Positions 27,262 through 41,885 of a DNA stretch of 64,000 nucleotides are shown piece after piece. Under the pieces are notes generated by a model. It saw nothing but the letters and a program-made list of their open reading frames with translations, did not search any database and was not told the DNA's origin. Position 1 is the stretch's first letter. Each line of letters opens with the position of its first letter. The translations under genes and the position numbers were made by a program. Origin of the DNA: Eledone cirrhosa (taxonomy: Eukaryota); contig OZ024741.1 in NCBI GenBank assembly GCA_964016885.1, positions 9,734,001 to 9,798,000 on the forward strand, written 5' to 3'.

Positions 27262-27506
27262 CACCAGACACAATACTGTCTTATTTCAACGCTCCAGTCA
27301 TGAACTCTCCATCTTAGGTATCAGACAAGGTATACGACACTATATTATTTGTCTTTCGTGTTTTTTTAAATGAAAATAGGTTCTTCGAGGGGATTTATAC
27401 TGCTATTTCTAGCAGAGCAAGTGACCATGCAGTGGCTGAAACATTAGCTCGAAATATTTCAGTGCATCAATATGGATTATATATGTAAGTGTGTGTAGGT
27501 GTGTAG

Positions 27507-27597
<91 letters not shown>

Positions 27598-27737
27598 ATG
27601 TTATATCTGTAAAAATACAGAACGGTTTATTCAGTTAATTATGAATATATACACGTATGTGCATGAATTTATATATGCACATACATATACACACTCACAC
27701 ACATACATGTGTGTGGGTATGAACATATAAGTATACA

Positions 27738-27809
<72 letters not shown>

Positions 27810-27813
<4 letters not shown>

Positions 27814-28236
27814 AAAGAATAGAGGTGTAACACACAAGTTATTATATATTGGTAAACGGAATAGAAAATGCTGACAAATTATTCACAGTTGAAAAATGGT
27901 TTAATTAGGAATAAAAGAGTATTACTGATTGTATGGGTTAGTATTCAGTTGTGGTTTTAAGTTTTTAAGTTTTTACCGGTTGCGCATTTCTAAATGCTTT
28001 TCAAAAATAATTTTGAGATAGAGTGTCCGTGCTGTTTGCTCTGATCAGAGCAAACAGCACGGACACTCTATCTCAAAATTATTTTTGAAAAGCATTTAGA
28101 AATGCGCAACCGGTAAAAACTTAAAAACTTAAAACCACAACTGAATACTAACCCATACAATCACTAATACTCTTTTATTCCTAATTAAACCATTTTTCAA
28201 CTGTGAACAATTTGTCAGCATTTTCTATTCCGTTTA

Positions 28237-28245
<9 letters not shown>
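27810..28245. mobile_element. Near-perfect ~200-bp-arm palindromic element in (TA)n with variant HHR-like motifs
   Basis: Axis at 28044/28045 (ctgatcag). Motif ttt-TTGAAAA-gcatt taga aatgc-GCAA-ccgg-TA-aaa at 28082-28118, mirrored on the minus strand. A centre-deleted copy lies at 32540-32822. Confidence 0.8.
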
Positions 28246-28275
<30 letters not shown>

Positions 28276-28377
28276 ATAATGCTTTCTTTAATAACCGCAA
28301 GGGTCATATATATATATATGTATATATATACATATATTGATACATAAATTCATACTTATATACATTCATATACACAA

Positions 28378-28410
<33 letters not shown>

Positions 28411-28966
28411 AATTCATCATATATACATTCACATACACTCACACATACACACCCACATATATATATATATATATATATATAAATTCATACATATATACAC
28501 TCACACACACGCACACATACACACACATACATATATATAAATTCATACATATATACACACACACATATATATAAATTCATACATATTTACTCACACACAT
28601 ATATATAAATTCATACATATACATACACACACACATACATATATAGATTAATACACATAAGTGTATATATTCATACACACCCAAATACACAATGCAACAT
28701 ACACGTAGACATACAACAATCAATAACAAGGGGTCTGCCTCACAGGTAGCAAGGGTTGCTAGAAATAGCAGTCGCGTTTTATTAAACCTTCCATAAAAAA
28801 TACGACCCGTTGACGGCTGGAATGGTTTCAAACAGACATAAATATATACGTAAATAATATATTTAGGTATATACATACATGTATAGGTATATATGTACAT
28901 ACACTTACAGACAAGAACGCACTCACATACACATATATACGCACACACACAGACACACACACACAG

Positions 28967-29015
<49 letters not shown>

Positions 29016-29114
29016 CATATATATATATTATATATACATATATATACATATACATATATATATATTATATATACATATATATACATATATATACACCCCC
29101 TCCCCCCACACACG

Positions 29115-29148
<34 letters not shown>

Positions 29149-29515
29149 CTTAAGAAATTAACAAAGGACAAAAAACGAACAGAAATAAAACAAAATGAAA
29201 AACAATTTTTTAAGGGGAAACCTTATAAAAATTTTTTTTTTTTTAAACTAAAAACACAAACGAAGGACACAGAACTCAGGGTCATCGGCCGTTGAGATGG
29301 ACTTGGGCAGTTTCGATCCCTACCAACGGTACTGCTGGTCCATCGGGGGTCACAGTGTCTGACATAAGCTAAACGCTGTCCAAAGGGGTAAGACACGAGA
29401 GACAAAACATTAATTTATTGTTAACATATATATATATATTATGTTTGTAAATATATATGTATATACCCCCCCCCCCATATATATATATACACACACTAAC
29501 ACAAACAGGCACACA

Positions 29516-29568
<53 letters not shown>

Positions 29569-29620
29569 ACACATATATATGAATGAAACAGTTCTAGTCC
29601 CGTAGAAGCCATTTCTGTAT

Positions 29621-29702
<82 letters not shown>

Positions 29703-29712
29703 TATATAAATA

Positions 29713-30117
29713 AATATACACCGGTGTGTATGATTGTGTATAGATCATTATATTAATAAAAGGAATTCCAACTTTGTCTGATTTATTCGTTTTATTTACA
29801 ATCCTTTAAAATTTATAATGGTATTAGAATGAAATAGTATGGTAGAATATTAAATGTTAAGTGTTAATTGAACAAGTACTTTCATGCTTTCGCAATCTTC
29901 AGGTTCATAATGTGTGGTGACAGTCAAGTTTGCAATTTTCAACTGTTGAAAATTGCAAACTTGACTGTCACTACTGAATATGAACCTGAAGATTGCGAAA
30001 GCATGAAAGTACTTGTTCAACATTTAATATTCTATCTACTATTTCATTCTAATACCATTATAAATTTTAAAGGATTGTAAATAAAACGAATAAATCAGAC
30101 AAAGTTGGAATTCCTTT

Positions 30118-30122
<5 letters not shown>
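29713..30122 (-). mobile_element. Hairpin mini-element with HHRs on both arms (29869-29907 minus, 29981-30019 plus)
   Basis: tgaac-CTGAAGA-t tgc gaaa gca t-GAAA-gtac-TT-gttca. Palindrome spans 29755-30122 with (TA)n flanks. Confidence 0.88.
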
Positions 30123-30182
<60 letters not shown>

Positions 30183-30674
30183 ATGGCTGCCGCCTCGTTA
30201 TCGAGTATGGCCATTGCACGATATTCCATTATTGATATTCCATTATTGAGCCGCAGGTTTTATATCGGAGTTATCCCAGTTTCCTTCTCCTAGAAGAATA
30301 CCCTGACAAAGGCTAGGGGTCCTTCACTCCCAGTGGTTTAACCGCGCGGTACATGCGTATATACATATTTACACACTTTTGGATGTCCAAAATCACCCTC
30401 CTCACCAAGTAAACTTGGTGGAGTTGCCGGTTTAGTCGCCGACGACCCGACCATGCGACAGCTTGTACTGGGTTACATGTTAACACTAGCACTCAAGAGT
30501 GACCCGACATATATATACATACATATATACATACACACACATATATATATATATATATAACGAAGGAAATGTGGTAAGGAACCAGATGGACCATAACGCA
30601 CCAAAGTACTCAATACTTAGGGTAGTAGAGTGGGTAATAGGAACAAGTAGGAACCCGACGGCTGAGCTCAAGCC

Positions 30675-30758
<84 letters not shown>

Positions 30759-30964
30759 CGAAGGAAGTGTGAACCAGATGGACCATAAGGCACCAGACTA
30801 CTCAATACTTAGGGTAGTAGAGTGGGTAATAGGACGGCTGTCGAAACAGCTTGAGCTCTGCCGTCGGGGTCTTGAATATTTTCCTATATATATATATATA
30901 TAAATATAAATTCACCGAGAATCGCATTTCGGCGGGTAGAAAAAGCGAAAGGAAAGGCAACATC

Positions 30965-31112
30965 AGAGTTATGCTGGTGACTACGGTGAAACAGTTCTAG
31001 CATGGAGAACTTATTCCTGTAATAAATTGCACCTATATGTACACACATATATACATATATATGCAATTTATTACAGGTATAAGTTCTACAGTGCTAGAAC
31101 TGTTTCACCGTA
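30965..31112. mobile_element. Degenerate family-A-related inverted HHR element
   Basis: tacggtGAAAcagttctagca..gaacttat occurs on both strands. The cores are degenerate (CTGGTGA, CTGACAA). Confidence 0.55.
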
Positions 31113-31164
31113 TTTGTCAGTGGTCATCCCTCGACCCTAAATATATATATATGCTATAAATATG

Positions 31165-31375
31165 TGGTTAGAATGTCTCAGGATAGAATCGCTGGACAGA
31201 ATTTACAGGTAAAACCAATCGGCAGGAGACACAGGGGTAGACTCTGAGGTTGGTTGATCTCGTTTGGAGATCCAGCCGGATGGGTTTGAGATGGTTGCTT
31301 CTGACAAGACCTGCTGGAAGCAGTGTTTCAGGACTCTCTCTCCACGACCTTCTCAGGAATAAGTGGGTGAAGGAT
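31165..31375 (+). mobile_element. RTE-type LINE 3' fragment
   Basis: Translates as VVRMSQDRIA...KPIGRRHRGR and is homologous to 60274-60430. Confidence 0.6.
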
Positions 31376-31403
31376 ATATATATATATATATATGTATGTA
31401 TGC

Positions 31404-31597
31404 TTAATATAGAAAAGGCTTCTACTGGACTAGAACTGTTTCATTCGGGAGAAATCATCAGGGCTTCCTGATGATTTCTCCTGAATGAAACAGTTCTAGT
31501 CCTGTAGAAGCCTTTTTTATATTAAATATTTATATTCTGATTTTTATTGAGTAACTTACTTACTGTGGTTACCCCCGATTCAACTCGGAATAACTCA
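31404..31597 (+). mobile_element. Family A hairpin element with HHR at 31460-31514
   Basis: agggcttc-CTGATGA-tttctcctgaat-GAAA-cag ttctagtc ctg-TA-gaagcctt. The fold-back axis is immediately 5' of the core. Confidence 0.88.
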
Positions 31598-31661
31598 TAT
31601 ATATATAGAGAGAATATATATATATATATAGAGAGAGAGAATATATATATATATATATAGA

Positions 31662-31692
<31 letters not shown>

Positions 31693-32089
31693 ATATATAT
31701 ATATAGAGAGAGAATATATATATAGAGAGAATATATATATATATATATATATATACCTACATATATATATAGAGAGAATATATATATATATATATATAGA
31801 GAGAGAATATATATATATATATATATATATAGAGAACATATATATATAGAGAGAACATATATATATAGAGAGAATATATATATATATACCTACATATATA
31901 TATAGAGAGAATATATATATATATATATATACACCTACATATGTATATAGAGAGAACATATATATATAGAGAGAACATATATATATAGAGAGAATATATA
32001 TATATATATATACCTACATATATATATAGAGAGAATATATATATATATATATACCTACATATATATATAGAGAGAATATATATAGAAGA

Positions 32090-32462
32090 TTATATTAATA
32101 AAAGGAATTCCAACTTTGTCTGATTTACTCGTTTTATTTACAATCCTTTAAAATTTATAATGGTATTAGAATGAAATAGTATGGTAGAATATTAAATGTT
32201 AAGTGTTAATTGAACAAGTACTTTCATGCTTTCGCAATCTTCAGGTTCATATTGTGTGGTGACAGTCAAATTTGAACCTGAAGATTGCGAAAGCATGAAA
32301 GTACTTGTTCAATTAACACTTAACATTTAATATTCTACCATACTATTTCATTCTAATACCATTATAAATTTTAAAGGATTGTAAATAAAACGAGTAAATC
32401 AGACAAAGTTGGAATTCCTTTTATTTATATAATGATCTATACACAATCATACACACCCGTGT

Positions 32463-32468
<6 letters not shown>
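32090..32468 (+). mobile_element. Second copy of the 29713 hairpin family (HHRs 32211-32249 minus, 32273-32311 plus)
   Basis: Near-identical arms and HHR. The inversion junction differs and the tail is on the opposite side. Confidence 0.88.
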
Positions 32469-32543
<75 letters not shown>

Positions 32544-32892
32544 ATAGAATAGAGGTGTAACACACAAGTTATTATATATTGGTAAACGGAATAGAAAATG
32601 CTCACAAATTGTTCACAGTTGAAAAATGGTTTAATTAGGAATAAAAGAGTATTAGTGATTTTATGGGTTAGTATTCAGTTGTGGTTTTAAGTTTTTAAGT
32701 TTTAAAAAAACTTAAAACCACAACTGAATACTAACCCATACAATCACTAATACTCTTTTATTCCTAATTAAACCATTTTTCAACTGTGAACAATTTGTCA
32801 GCATTTTCTATTCCGTTTACCATACCAATATATATATATATATATACATTTACACACACATATATATACATGTATATTTTTTGTTATATGTA

Positions 32893-32955
<63 letters not shown>

Positions 32956-33103
32956 ATATTTATATATGTGTGTGTATGTGTAAGTATGTATATATATATA
33001 TATATACGTATATATAATTATATAATACATACATACGCACACGCTCATAAATATTTGTATATATATATATATATACATATAATTATATATATATATATAC
33101 ATA

Positions 33104-33220
<117 letters not shown>

Positions 33221-33398
33221 GAACGAGTAGGACCCCGACGGTTGAGCGCAAGCCGTTTCGACTGCTAATTCAGTCCAGAATTAGCCGTCGAAACGGCTTG
33301 AGCTCAGCTGTCGGGGTCCTACTCGTTCCTATTACCCACTCTACTACCCTAAGTATTGGGTACTTTGGTCCATCTGGTTCCTTACCACATTTCCTTCG

Positions 33399-33464
<66 letters not shown>

Positions 33465-33721
33465 ATATGTATATATGGAAATATATATAATTATATATGT
33501 GTGTACATACACACATATACACAAATACATTTCGACTTACGTCTGACGAAATAATACATGGTGTTACGTTGCGTGTGTGTGATTTAACAAGAAATTAATA
33601 TATTTCATATAAAGTTTATATATATATATATCAAAATAGAGAAGTATATGTATACACATACACACACGCACACCCACATATACATACGTATACACACACA
33701 CACATATATTTGTATATAAAT

Positions 33722-33804
<83 letters not shown>

Positions 33805-34008
33805 GGAGGTGAGTTTTATTTTTGCACAATAAAGCTATGCAAATATCGGATAAGTAGCACTCCACAGTTTGTGGGACTGGAGTATAAATAATATAAGATC
33901 AAAAGATGGTTAAAAGAGTTCCAAGTATTTTATTATACGCATTTCAAAAACAAATATGATCATGGGATGATATCTGCGTTCTTATATTATATATATATAT
34001 ACACACAC

Positions 34009-34077
<69 letters not shown>

Positions 34078-34195
34078 TATCTAGATCCAGCGAGTGTAAC
34101 TTGGAGTAACTGTAGGTTCACCCGGGAGAGCACTCGATGTTTAGGTTCCCTTCTGTGTCGAGGTGTAGAGCTGTACAGAGTGTATTATATATATC

Positions 34196-34279
34196 CCGTC
34201 GATGTTAAGTTTGCCTTTCATCCTTACGGGGTCGATAAAATAATGTACCAGTAATGCACTGGGATAATTGCTGGCCTCG
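34196..34279 (+). mobile_element. SINE family 1 fragment
   Basis: ttgcctttcatccttacggggtcgataaaataatgtaccagtaatgcactgg. Confidence 0.8.
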
Positions 34280-34794
34280 TGCTAAAATTAGAGACAATTA
34301 TATATATATATATGTGTGTGTGTGTGTATGTGTATTACATAGTTATATCGCCAGAATAAGAAACAAGTAGTATCTAAGATCAACTAGAATCTACCAATTT
34401 ATCCATTGACTGTTGGTAAAGGCACTATTAATGTTGGTCGTATTACTAACTTATACTTTTAATAATATATCTTAATTTAATTCCTCTTAAATAATATTTT
34501 TTAAGTTTAGCCTGCATATATATCTATCTATCTATTTATCTAAAGTTATCTATTTATCTATCTATCTACCTATCTATCGCTCGGATGGACACGTGTTAAA
34601 TTTGCTCGGTAAGCTTTGTTTAAATTTCCTTAGAAAGTCGTCATTGTGAACTTTTAATTTTATACCAATTTGTAGAGGGACTGACAGGTCAAATTTTGAT
34701 CTGGTCAGTCCTCCAAAATATCGTGCCCCTCAGGGCAAAAACATCCAAAATATATTCGAAAATATTTTTGCAAAACGCTTCATTTTTTTTTTAA

Positions 34795-36686
34795 ATGGCC
34801 GAAGCACCTATTTCTTTGTCAAAACAAGAAGATGGGAAGGGAAAGCCATGCCTACTTGACCAGCAGGTAGTAGCAGAGATGGACAAAGGAGTACCAACAT
34901 CATCGCCTCAACATTTAGAAGAGGAACAAACTTCAGCTGCTTGTAAGCAACAGAACACGCCTGACGTCACAAACGTCACATGTATCCACACACAGAAGGA
35001 AATATATGTAGCAAATACTTCGTTTCGTAAAGAAATGGAAATCCACACAACAAAAAATGAAAATAACAGCCCACAACAGACACCAAAAAATACAGAAAAT
35101 GAAAAAATTGGAAACACATCCAACAATACCAATCAAAAAGAAAAAAATGTCAACACAAACCCAAAAGAAAATACAAACAACAGTGACAACAGCAAAATTT
35201 CTTTTGCTGATACCGTAAAAAAAAAGGAAATATTTCAACTTTTGGATTTAACCAACGCGAAACAAAAGTTGAAAGAAGCTAAACAATATGTGACTTTTGG
35301 ACCCAATGGGTCATTTAGCATAAATTCACCACAAGAACTAAGGAGAGAGAATGCCCTGAACACGGTGGTTTTCAGGACAATCTCAAATGCATAAAAAAAA
35401 CCAGCTCAACTATCTCAGAGTGAGATTGAGCTGGTTTTAAGGAACCACATGGATAACATTTTATTCATTCAGAAAGCCAAACTTTTCGGCAGCATCTCGG
35501 TGCTAATGAAAAACAACATAACAGCACAAAAATATTCCATCGCCCCCATTGTGTCCACCCATTTTACCTTTTTCTCTACATACATGGGAAAAAGAACGCA
35601 AAAAATAAAAATTACATGCATAAGACCCAAAGTAGATATTTGGTGGATACTTTATGGCCTAATTGACTTTGAACAAGACATTTTGATCTCAGTAGGAAAA
35701 TCCTCCAGAGATATATTTAGTGGGGCTAGCGGCGAAGTTCTGGTGCAGATGAGCCCAGAACGTATAGCGAAAATCCCACAGAGAGTACCTCTGGATGGAC
35801 AGACCTACATAAACATTTCGGTTGGGGGTAGGCGGCCCGCATGTTACCACTGCGCAAGCAGAGGTCACCTAAGGGCTGCCTGTCCTCAATTGACAAAAAG
35901 AAAACCACTTTTACCAACACCACAAATAACAACACAACCACCACCACAACAACAAGAAAAAAACAACAGAGAACACTATCCCACCCAACCCCTCCCCACC
36001 CAAAACAAATACAAAAACACACACAGACACTACAGAATCCCAAAACATACCCCTACCCATCAACACGGATGAGGAACCCCTTTCGACAGCACCCAACGGC
36101 GATGAGAAGGAACCCTTCCAACCCGTGAAAAGAAAAAAAAAGAAAGCACCGCATGAACAAAAACGAAACAAACACACAAACACCAGCACAAACAGCACAA
36201 AGATCACAAACAAAAGTTCCCCCTCCCGATAACAAAACACCCACAACAAAGATAAAACACACGCAGGAACCACAGACAAAAACAAACACAACACAGGAAA
36301 AGTACACATACACTTACATAAACGAAGAAAATAGAACACTGATGGAGACCATCAGAAACAACCCTTTGGTCAAAACCGAAGGGAAAACTTTGGATAGCTC
36401 CTACAAAAGCAAAAAAAAAATGAACCTAAAACTGATCAGGGTCCCTATAGGAACTTATAGATCCCTAAAAGAAACATTTGTAGAGGACGTGGGGAATTCC
36501 TGCGTGAGATCAATCAACCGCGTCCTCTTCAGAGGTCTCCCCACCACAGGCACCCCCACCCAAGTCACCCCCATCCCATCAAACATCTCCGTCCCCACCC
36601 CACCAGAAAACACCACCCCACCAAACATACCCTCCAATACCCCCATGGAAATTGTGCAGCCTGGTCCCCAGGAGACGAAGAGGTGA
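34795..36686 (+). pseudogene. Tx1-like ORF1 (gag-like, CCHC knuckle), disrupted
   Basis: CYHCASRGHLRAAC zinc knuckle. Stop at 35392-35394 and a frameshift near 36070-36150. Confidence 0.8.
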
Positions 36687-36726
36687 GTGATTTCTTTTCC
36701 TCTTCTGTTAATTTTTCAGCACCAAC

Positions 36727-39700
36727 ATGGCCATTATAAGAGTTGGATGTGTGAATGTACGCGGCCTGGGGATGCCCTGAAAACAGGGCAAACTCTTAAA
36801 CGATATCATTCACACAGTATGGATGTAGTAGCCATTTGCGAGTCCAGGATCCACAGCGAGCGACAACTGGACCCCATCTTCGACGACTTTGAGATCTATG
36901 CATCTCTCTGTCAGCCGGGAGGTGGGGCGGGGTTGCCGTTTTGCTGCGGAAATACCTGGACATCGTAACACAGACGGTACACCTGGACCCGAAGGGTCGA
37001 CTAGTGGTGGAGCCTTCAGGCTGGTGGCCGCTTATGCTCCATCCGGGACCCCGCGTCCAGACTTCTTCAAACGTCTAGAGACTTTTATGGGAACGTTCCG
37101 CTCCTTGCTTTTAGTGGGGGACTGGAATGGAATCCTAGATGCACGTTGGGACTATGTGGGAGCATGTCCCAATAAAGGGGGGGGGGGTGTAATAGCCTCA
37201 AACAGTTAATCGGCCGGTTTGACCTGGCCGATAGATATCGACTAGATTTTCCGACAGTGCCACTGTGGACGTCGTCTAATCGTCGCGGGACATCTAGATC
37301 ATACCTAGATAGGGTTCTAGTTAGAAAGAAGGATAGGGACATGTTATGCTGTCCACAAATGTTCATGGTTGCCTATTCAGATCACAAATTAGTGATCTGC
37401 TTAGTCAACCTTGACAAAACCAATAGACAGGGACCCAGCTAGTGGAAGCTGAACTTGTCGTTACCGACATGCAAAGCCTACAGTAGACGCATTAGCACTT
37501 TAGTTAAGCAGCACTTGATGGGGGCCATTGTCAACAACAGATGGTGGTACTCTCTCAAGAGGGCAGTTAGATTAGACTCGATAGGTTTTAGTAAAGAATT
37601 TGTGTTAGATAGAAATAAGACCGAAAAGGAACTGGTAGATAAAGTAGAAGAGGCACTTAGGATTGGCAACGTAGCCAGCGTGCTAGCGAGGAGAACAGCC
37701 TTGGACCACTTCTTCGACGCAAATCATGTGTTGTCAGAAGCAAAATACGTGCTCTGGGAAACGAGGGAGCCAAAGCTGTTAGCTGGGCCCGAGTGACGGA
37801 GGCGAAAAGTGGCAACAGGTCCACGATTCGGTCTTTGAAGGACCAAGACGGACGCGTGATACGTGAGCCGAAGCAGATGTGCGTGGCCTTTCAGCGGCAC
37901 TTTGCTCAACTGTTCGGGCAGGGCGGCGCGCCGGGAGGGGCTATGGATTTCGGTACATACCTCGATGGCCTGCGAAGTTCTGCAAAAGGCCGATTTCGGC
38001 CGTTGAGATAGGGGACGCGCTGAGCCAATGCGGCAAAGGCAAATCTCCAGATCTCGACGGTCTACCCTACGAATTTTACGAAGCAATGCCGGACTTCTTC
38101 TCTGGTCTCCTGGAAGCGGTGAACTGGGGAATTCCCAGTTCTGTGATCAAGGGCGTAGTCACGTTAGTCAGGAAGGACGAGAATAAGGGGGATGACATAG
38201 GCAACTTCCGGCCCATAACTCTACTAAACACAGAGTTACAGATTTTGGCCAAGGTTTTGGCAAAGAGGCTGGCGCTTGTCGTCGACAACCTGACCGGAGA
38301 AGCGCAGACATGCGCAATCCCAACCAGGTCCATACACGACATCCTCCACCTCATGCGATACATCATAGAGAGGGTAGGGTGTAAACCCGGCTTCGGTGGG
38401 GCCCTGATCAACTTGGATCAGTCTAAGGCTTTCGATAGGATTGACCATCGTTACCTGGATGCGGTGCTCGAGGCGGCAGGCTTCGGTCCCGAGTTCAGGG
38501 GCTGGATTGCTGCAATGCACAACAACAACAACTGCTCAAGGGTCAAGGTGAACGGCTACCTCTCGGAGCCGTTCTATATCACGCGATCTATCCGACAGGG
38601 ATGCCCTCTCTCCTCCCTTCTGTACGTACTGACTCTCGAGCCACTACTGCGGAAGTTGGAGCTATTGCAGGGCATCCCTTTAGAACCGGGACTGCGAAAA
38701 GCGGTGTCGGCCTACGCCGACGACGTGACAGTGATGGTGTCGAGCACCTCGCAAATCGGGGAGATCAGCAACTTACTGGAGGAATACAAATGGTTCACAG
38801 GAGCGAAGCTGAACCGGGACAAATCCGTCGGTTTTCAACTCAGAACGTGGAGAGGCAAATCGATGCCTTCCGATGACGTCGTCGGACGCTGGATGGAAGG
38901 ACCGGTAAAGCTGCTCGGGGTCTCGTTTGGTCCTGACCTCCAGATGGAGAAGAACTGGAACGAGGTGACGGCCAAGGTGTTTGCGCTCACCCATAAGTGG
39001 GCCGAGTGCAAACTATCCTTGAAAGGTCGAGCGGAGGTGGCGAAACGCTCACCAGCCGAAACGCTCACCAAAATGGAGCGCGCGCTCTTCCAATTCCTTT
39101 GGAAGAAACGGGCTCCGTTGGTGAGAAGATCCATCTGCTGCCAACACCCTTCAAACGGAGGGCTGGGGATGCCGTGGCTGACGATGCGCAAACACGCGCT
39201 CAGGCTGCGGCACCTGCACGTATTCCTCACCAGACAACCGGTGTGGGCCCCGTTCGTGAGGTGAGCATTCGCACGACTCGTCTCGCTAACCGAGCTGCAG
39301 ACCTGCGTCAAGCAAAGACCGAGGAAAATGGGCGACTGGCACATCGAATGTACTCAGGCGCTCACAGTCCTCTGGCAAACTGACCCGGCGATCAGTGGAG
39401 ACTCCACTTCGACATTCTATAGAGGGTTGGTCTGCAGCAAGTGCGACGACACGCTCGGAGAAACTCTATGCGTAGAGAAGGACCAACTGGCCAGGCTGTT
39501 CGGTAGGACCTTCCGCCTGGGACCAATGGACAACTTCCAAAAGTCCCTGGCCTGGCAGTGCTACCGAGGAGCTCTACCAGTTCGAGACAAGCTCTACAGA
39601 CACGGGTGCCCGGGTAGGGACCCTTCGAAAAAGATCTGTCCGAGATGCGTGCGCGACGAGGAAACCGTCGCACACCCATTTGTACACTGCCCGGGCGTTA

Positions 39701-40053
39701 CCGACCTGTGGGGCTATGTAGAACGACTATTGTCGTGGGTGGGACCAATCCAGTTGACCACCGAGTCCATTGTCATGATCAAACCGCCACCCTCCTTCAA
39801 AAACGAGGGAGAGGCGGTTTTCCTATGTGTTATGGCTATGGTGAAAGAGGTTATATGGTGGACGAGGTTAAAAGGACTGAGGTCAGACACCTTTCTCTCC
39901 GGCGAGCAACTGATTCGTTTTTTCAAATATCATTTTGGAAGAAGAATCAGGGTGGAGAGAGAGGTGCTGTACCCCAGCAATTGTTATAAAAGGTGGGTGA
40001 ATGTGGCAAAGATGGCCTGAGTGGTTGGGCCTTCTCTCTATATAAGCCTGTAG
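36727..40053 (+). pseudogene. Tx1-like ORF2 (APE endonuclease, RT, C-terminal zinc motif), disrupted
   Basis: MAIIRVGCVNVRGL, GDWN, YLDR, SDH, KSPDLDGLP, NFRPITLLN, LDQSKAFD, RQGCPLS, YADD and CPRC...ETVAH..VHC, with several frameshifts and stops. Confidence 0.92.
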
Positions 40054-40306
40054 GTTGAGTAAAAAGAGGAAGAGAGGAAAGGAGTACTCACTCTTGGTGC
40101 TCCTGGAGATGAGGGTTGTACATTGTTTCGGGGTGTGTACAACCCCTGTGTAACACCACCCCTCTATTGGGGATTTCAATTGTTATTTGTTGTTTTATTA
40201 ATAGTTTTATTTTCATATATCTGTATGTAAACTCCCCATTTGTATTTGTCCCCTTCTTTTGTGCCCTTGTGGCTAATAAAGAAATTTATCTATCTATCTA
40301 TCTATC

Positions 40307-41289
40307 TTGGCACACCGAGTGTGCCCAGGCGCTCACGGCTCTCTGGCAGGCGGACCCGGCTGTCAGTGGAGAATCCACCTCATCATTCTATAGAGGGCTG
40401 GTGGTTAGCAGGTGCGACGATGCCCTCGGAGAAGCCCTAGGCATGGAGGAAGACAAACTGGCCAACCTGTTCGGTACGACATTCAGCCCAGGACCCATGG
40501 ATAACTTCCAGAGGTCCCTGGCATGGCAGTGCTACAGAAGGGCTCTGCCCGTTCGAGAAAGGCTCTACAGACACGGGCGCCCGGGTAGGGACCCTTCGAA
40601 AAAGATCTGTCCCAGATGCGTGTGCGACGAGGAAACCGTTGCACACGCATTGGTACACTGCTCGGGCATTGCCGATCTGTGGGGCTATGTCGAACAACTG
40701 CTGTCAAGGGTGGGACCGATCCGGTTGACCACCGAGTCTATTGTAACGATCAAGCCGCCTCCCCTCTTCAAAAACGAAGGAGAGGCGGTGTTTCTGTGCG
40801 TAATAGCCATGGCGAAAGAGGTTGTATGGTGGACGCGTCTGAAAGGACTGAGGTCAGACACCTTTCTCTCTGGCCAACAACTAGTCCGTTTCTTCCGATA
40901 TCATTTCGGAAGAAGGATCAGGATGGAGAGAGAGGTGCTGCACCCCAGCCGTTTTTATGAAAGATGGGTGAAAGTGGCGAGAAGGGCCCGTGTGAATGGG
41001 CCTTCACTCTACATCAGACAATAGGTGAGGAAGATGAAAGACCAAGGGAGCAGCCCCTCTCTGTGCTCCTGAGGAGAAGGGTTGCACACTTTTTTTCGGG
41101 GGTGTGTGCGACCCTCCAAGGCGTCTCCTCTCTATTGAGGATTTTGTTATAAATTTTATTTTGTTATATTTCATTTTATTTTTATATCTTTTTATTGCCT
41201 CCTCCTTATTGAGGACGCCTTGTTATGTAAACTCCCCCCATTGTACTTGTCCCACTTTTTGATGCCCTGGTGGCAAATAAAAAGAAAAT
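40307..41289 (+). mobile_element. 5'-truncated Tx1-like copy (3' UTR type B) in (TATC)n
   Basis: ORF2 C-terminus WHTECAQALT...GPSLYIRQ, flanked by (TATC)n. A ~48-bp type A 3' end follows at 41310-41357. Confidence 0.92.
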
Positions 41290-41379
41290 TATCTATCTAT
41301 CTATCTATCTTTGTATTGTCCCCTTTTCTTGTTGCGCCCTTGTGGCTAATAAAGAAATCTATCTATTTATCTATCTTTA

Positions 41380-41501
41380 CGGTCTGAGTTCAAATTCCGC
41401 CAAGGTTAACTTTGTCTTTCATCCTTACGGGCTCGATAAAATAAAGTACCAGTAATGTACTTGGTTTAATTGCAAGCCTTGTGCCAAAAGTAGAAACAAT
41501 T
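41380..41501 (+). mobile_element. SINE family 1
   Basis: B box gagttcaaattcc plus the shared body. Confidence 0.85.
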
Positions 41502-41885
41502 ATAACAATAATTCACAATATATAGTGCTAGTTTCTAGAATATTTACATCTCCAATGTTATCTACTTTTTTGAAACGAATTATTATTTCTTTCTCACCGC
41601 TTATTAATTTTTCAGATAATTTGTAGCCCACGGTTCTTATACCCCCCTTCTCCCCGCTTATTACACTTTACTAATCTATCTCCGGTGAAATTTTATTTTA
41701 AGTAGTAGCATTCCTGCAACAATTAATTTTCTTTATGTATTAAAATAAAAAGCATTATATATGACAGAAAAAGTACATTACCAGAAACCCCATAGATTAA
41801 AAATAAATAGGATGGGTTGGGGTCTCAATATGTAAACTAAACGACTAATTCTGGAAAAATCAACTGCGACAACCTAGAAAACTTA

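Larger units (their letters stand above)
34579..40286 (+). mobile_element. Apparently full-length Tx1-like (L1 clade) non-LTR retrotransposon in (TATC)n
   Basis: 5' UTR, ORF1, ORF2 and a 3' UTR with AATAAA. (TATC)n lies on both sides. Confidence 0.92.

Noticed and set aside
40116-40306. Hydrophobic N-terminal extension of ORF 40116-41024
   Set aside because: It is chance read-through from the upstream copy's T-rich 3' UTR and (TATC)n into the truncated ORF2.
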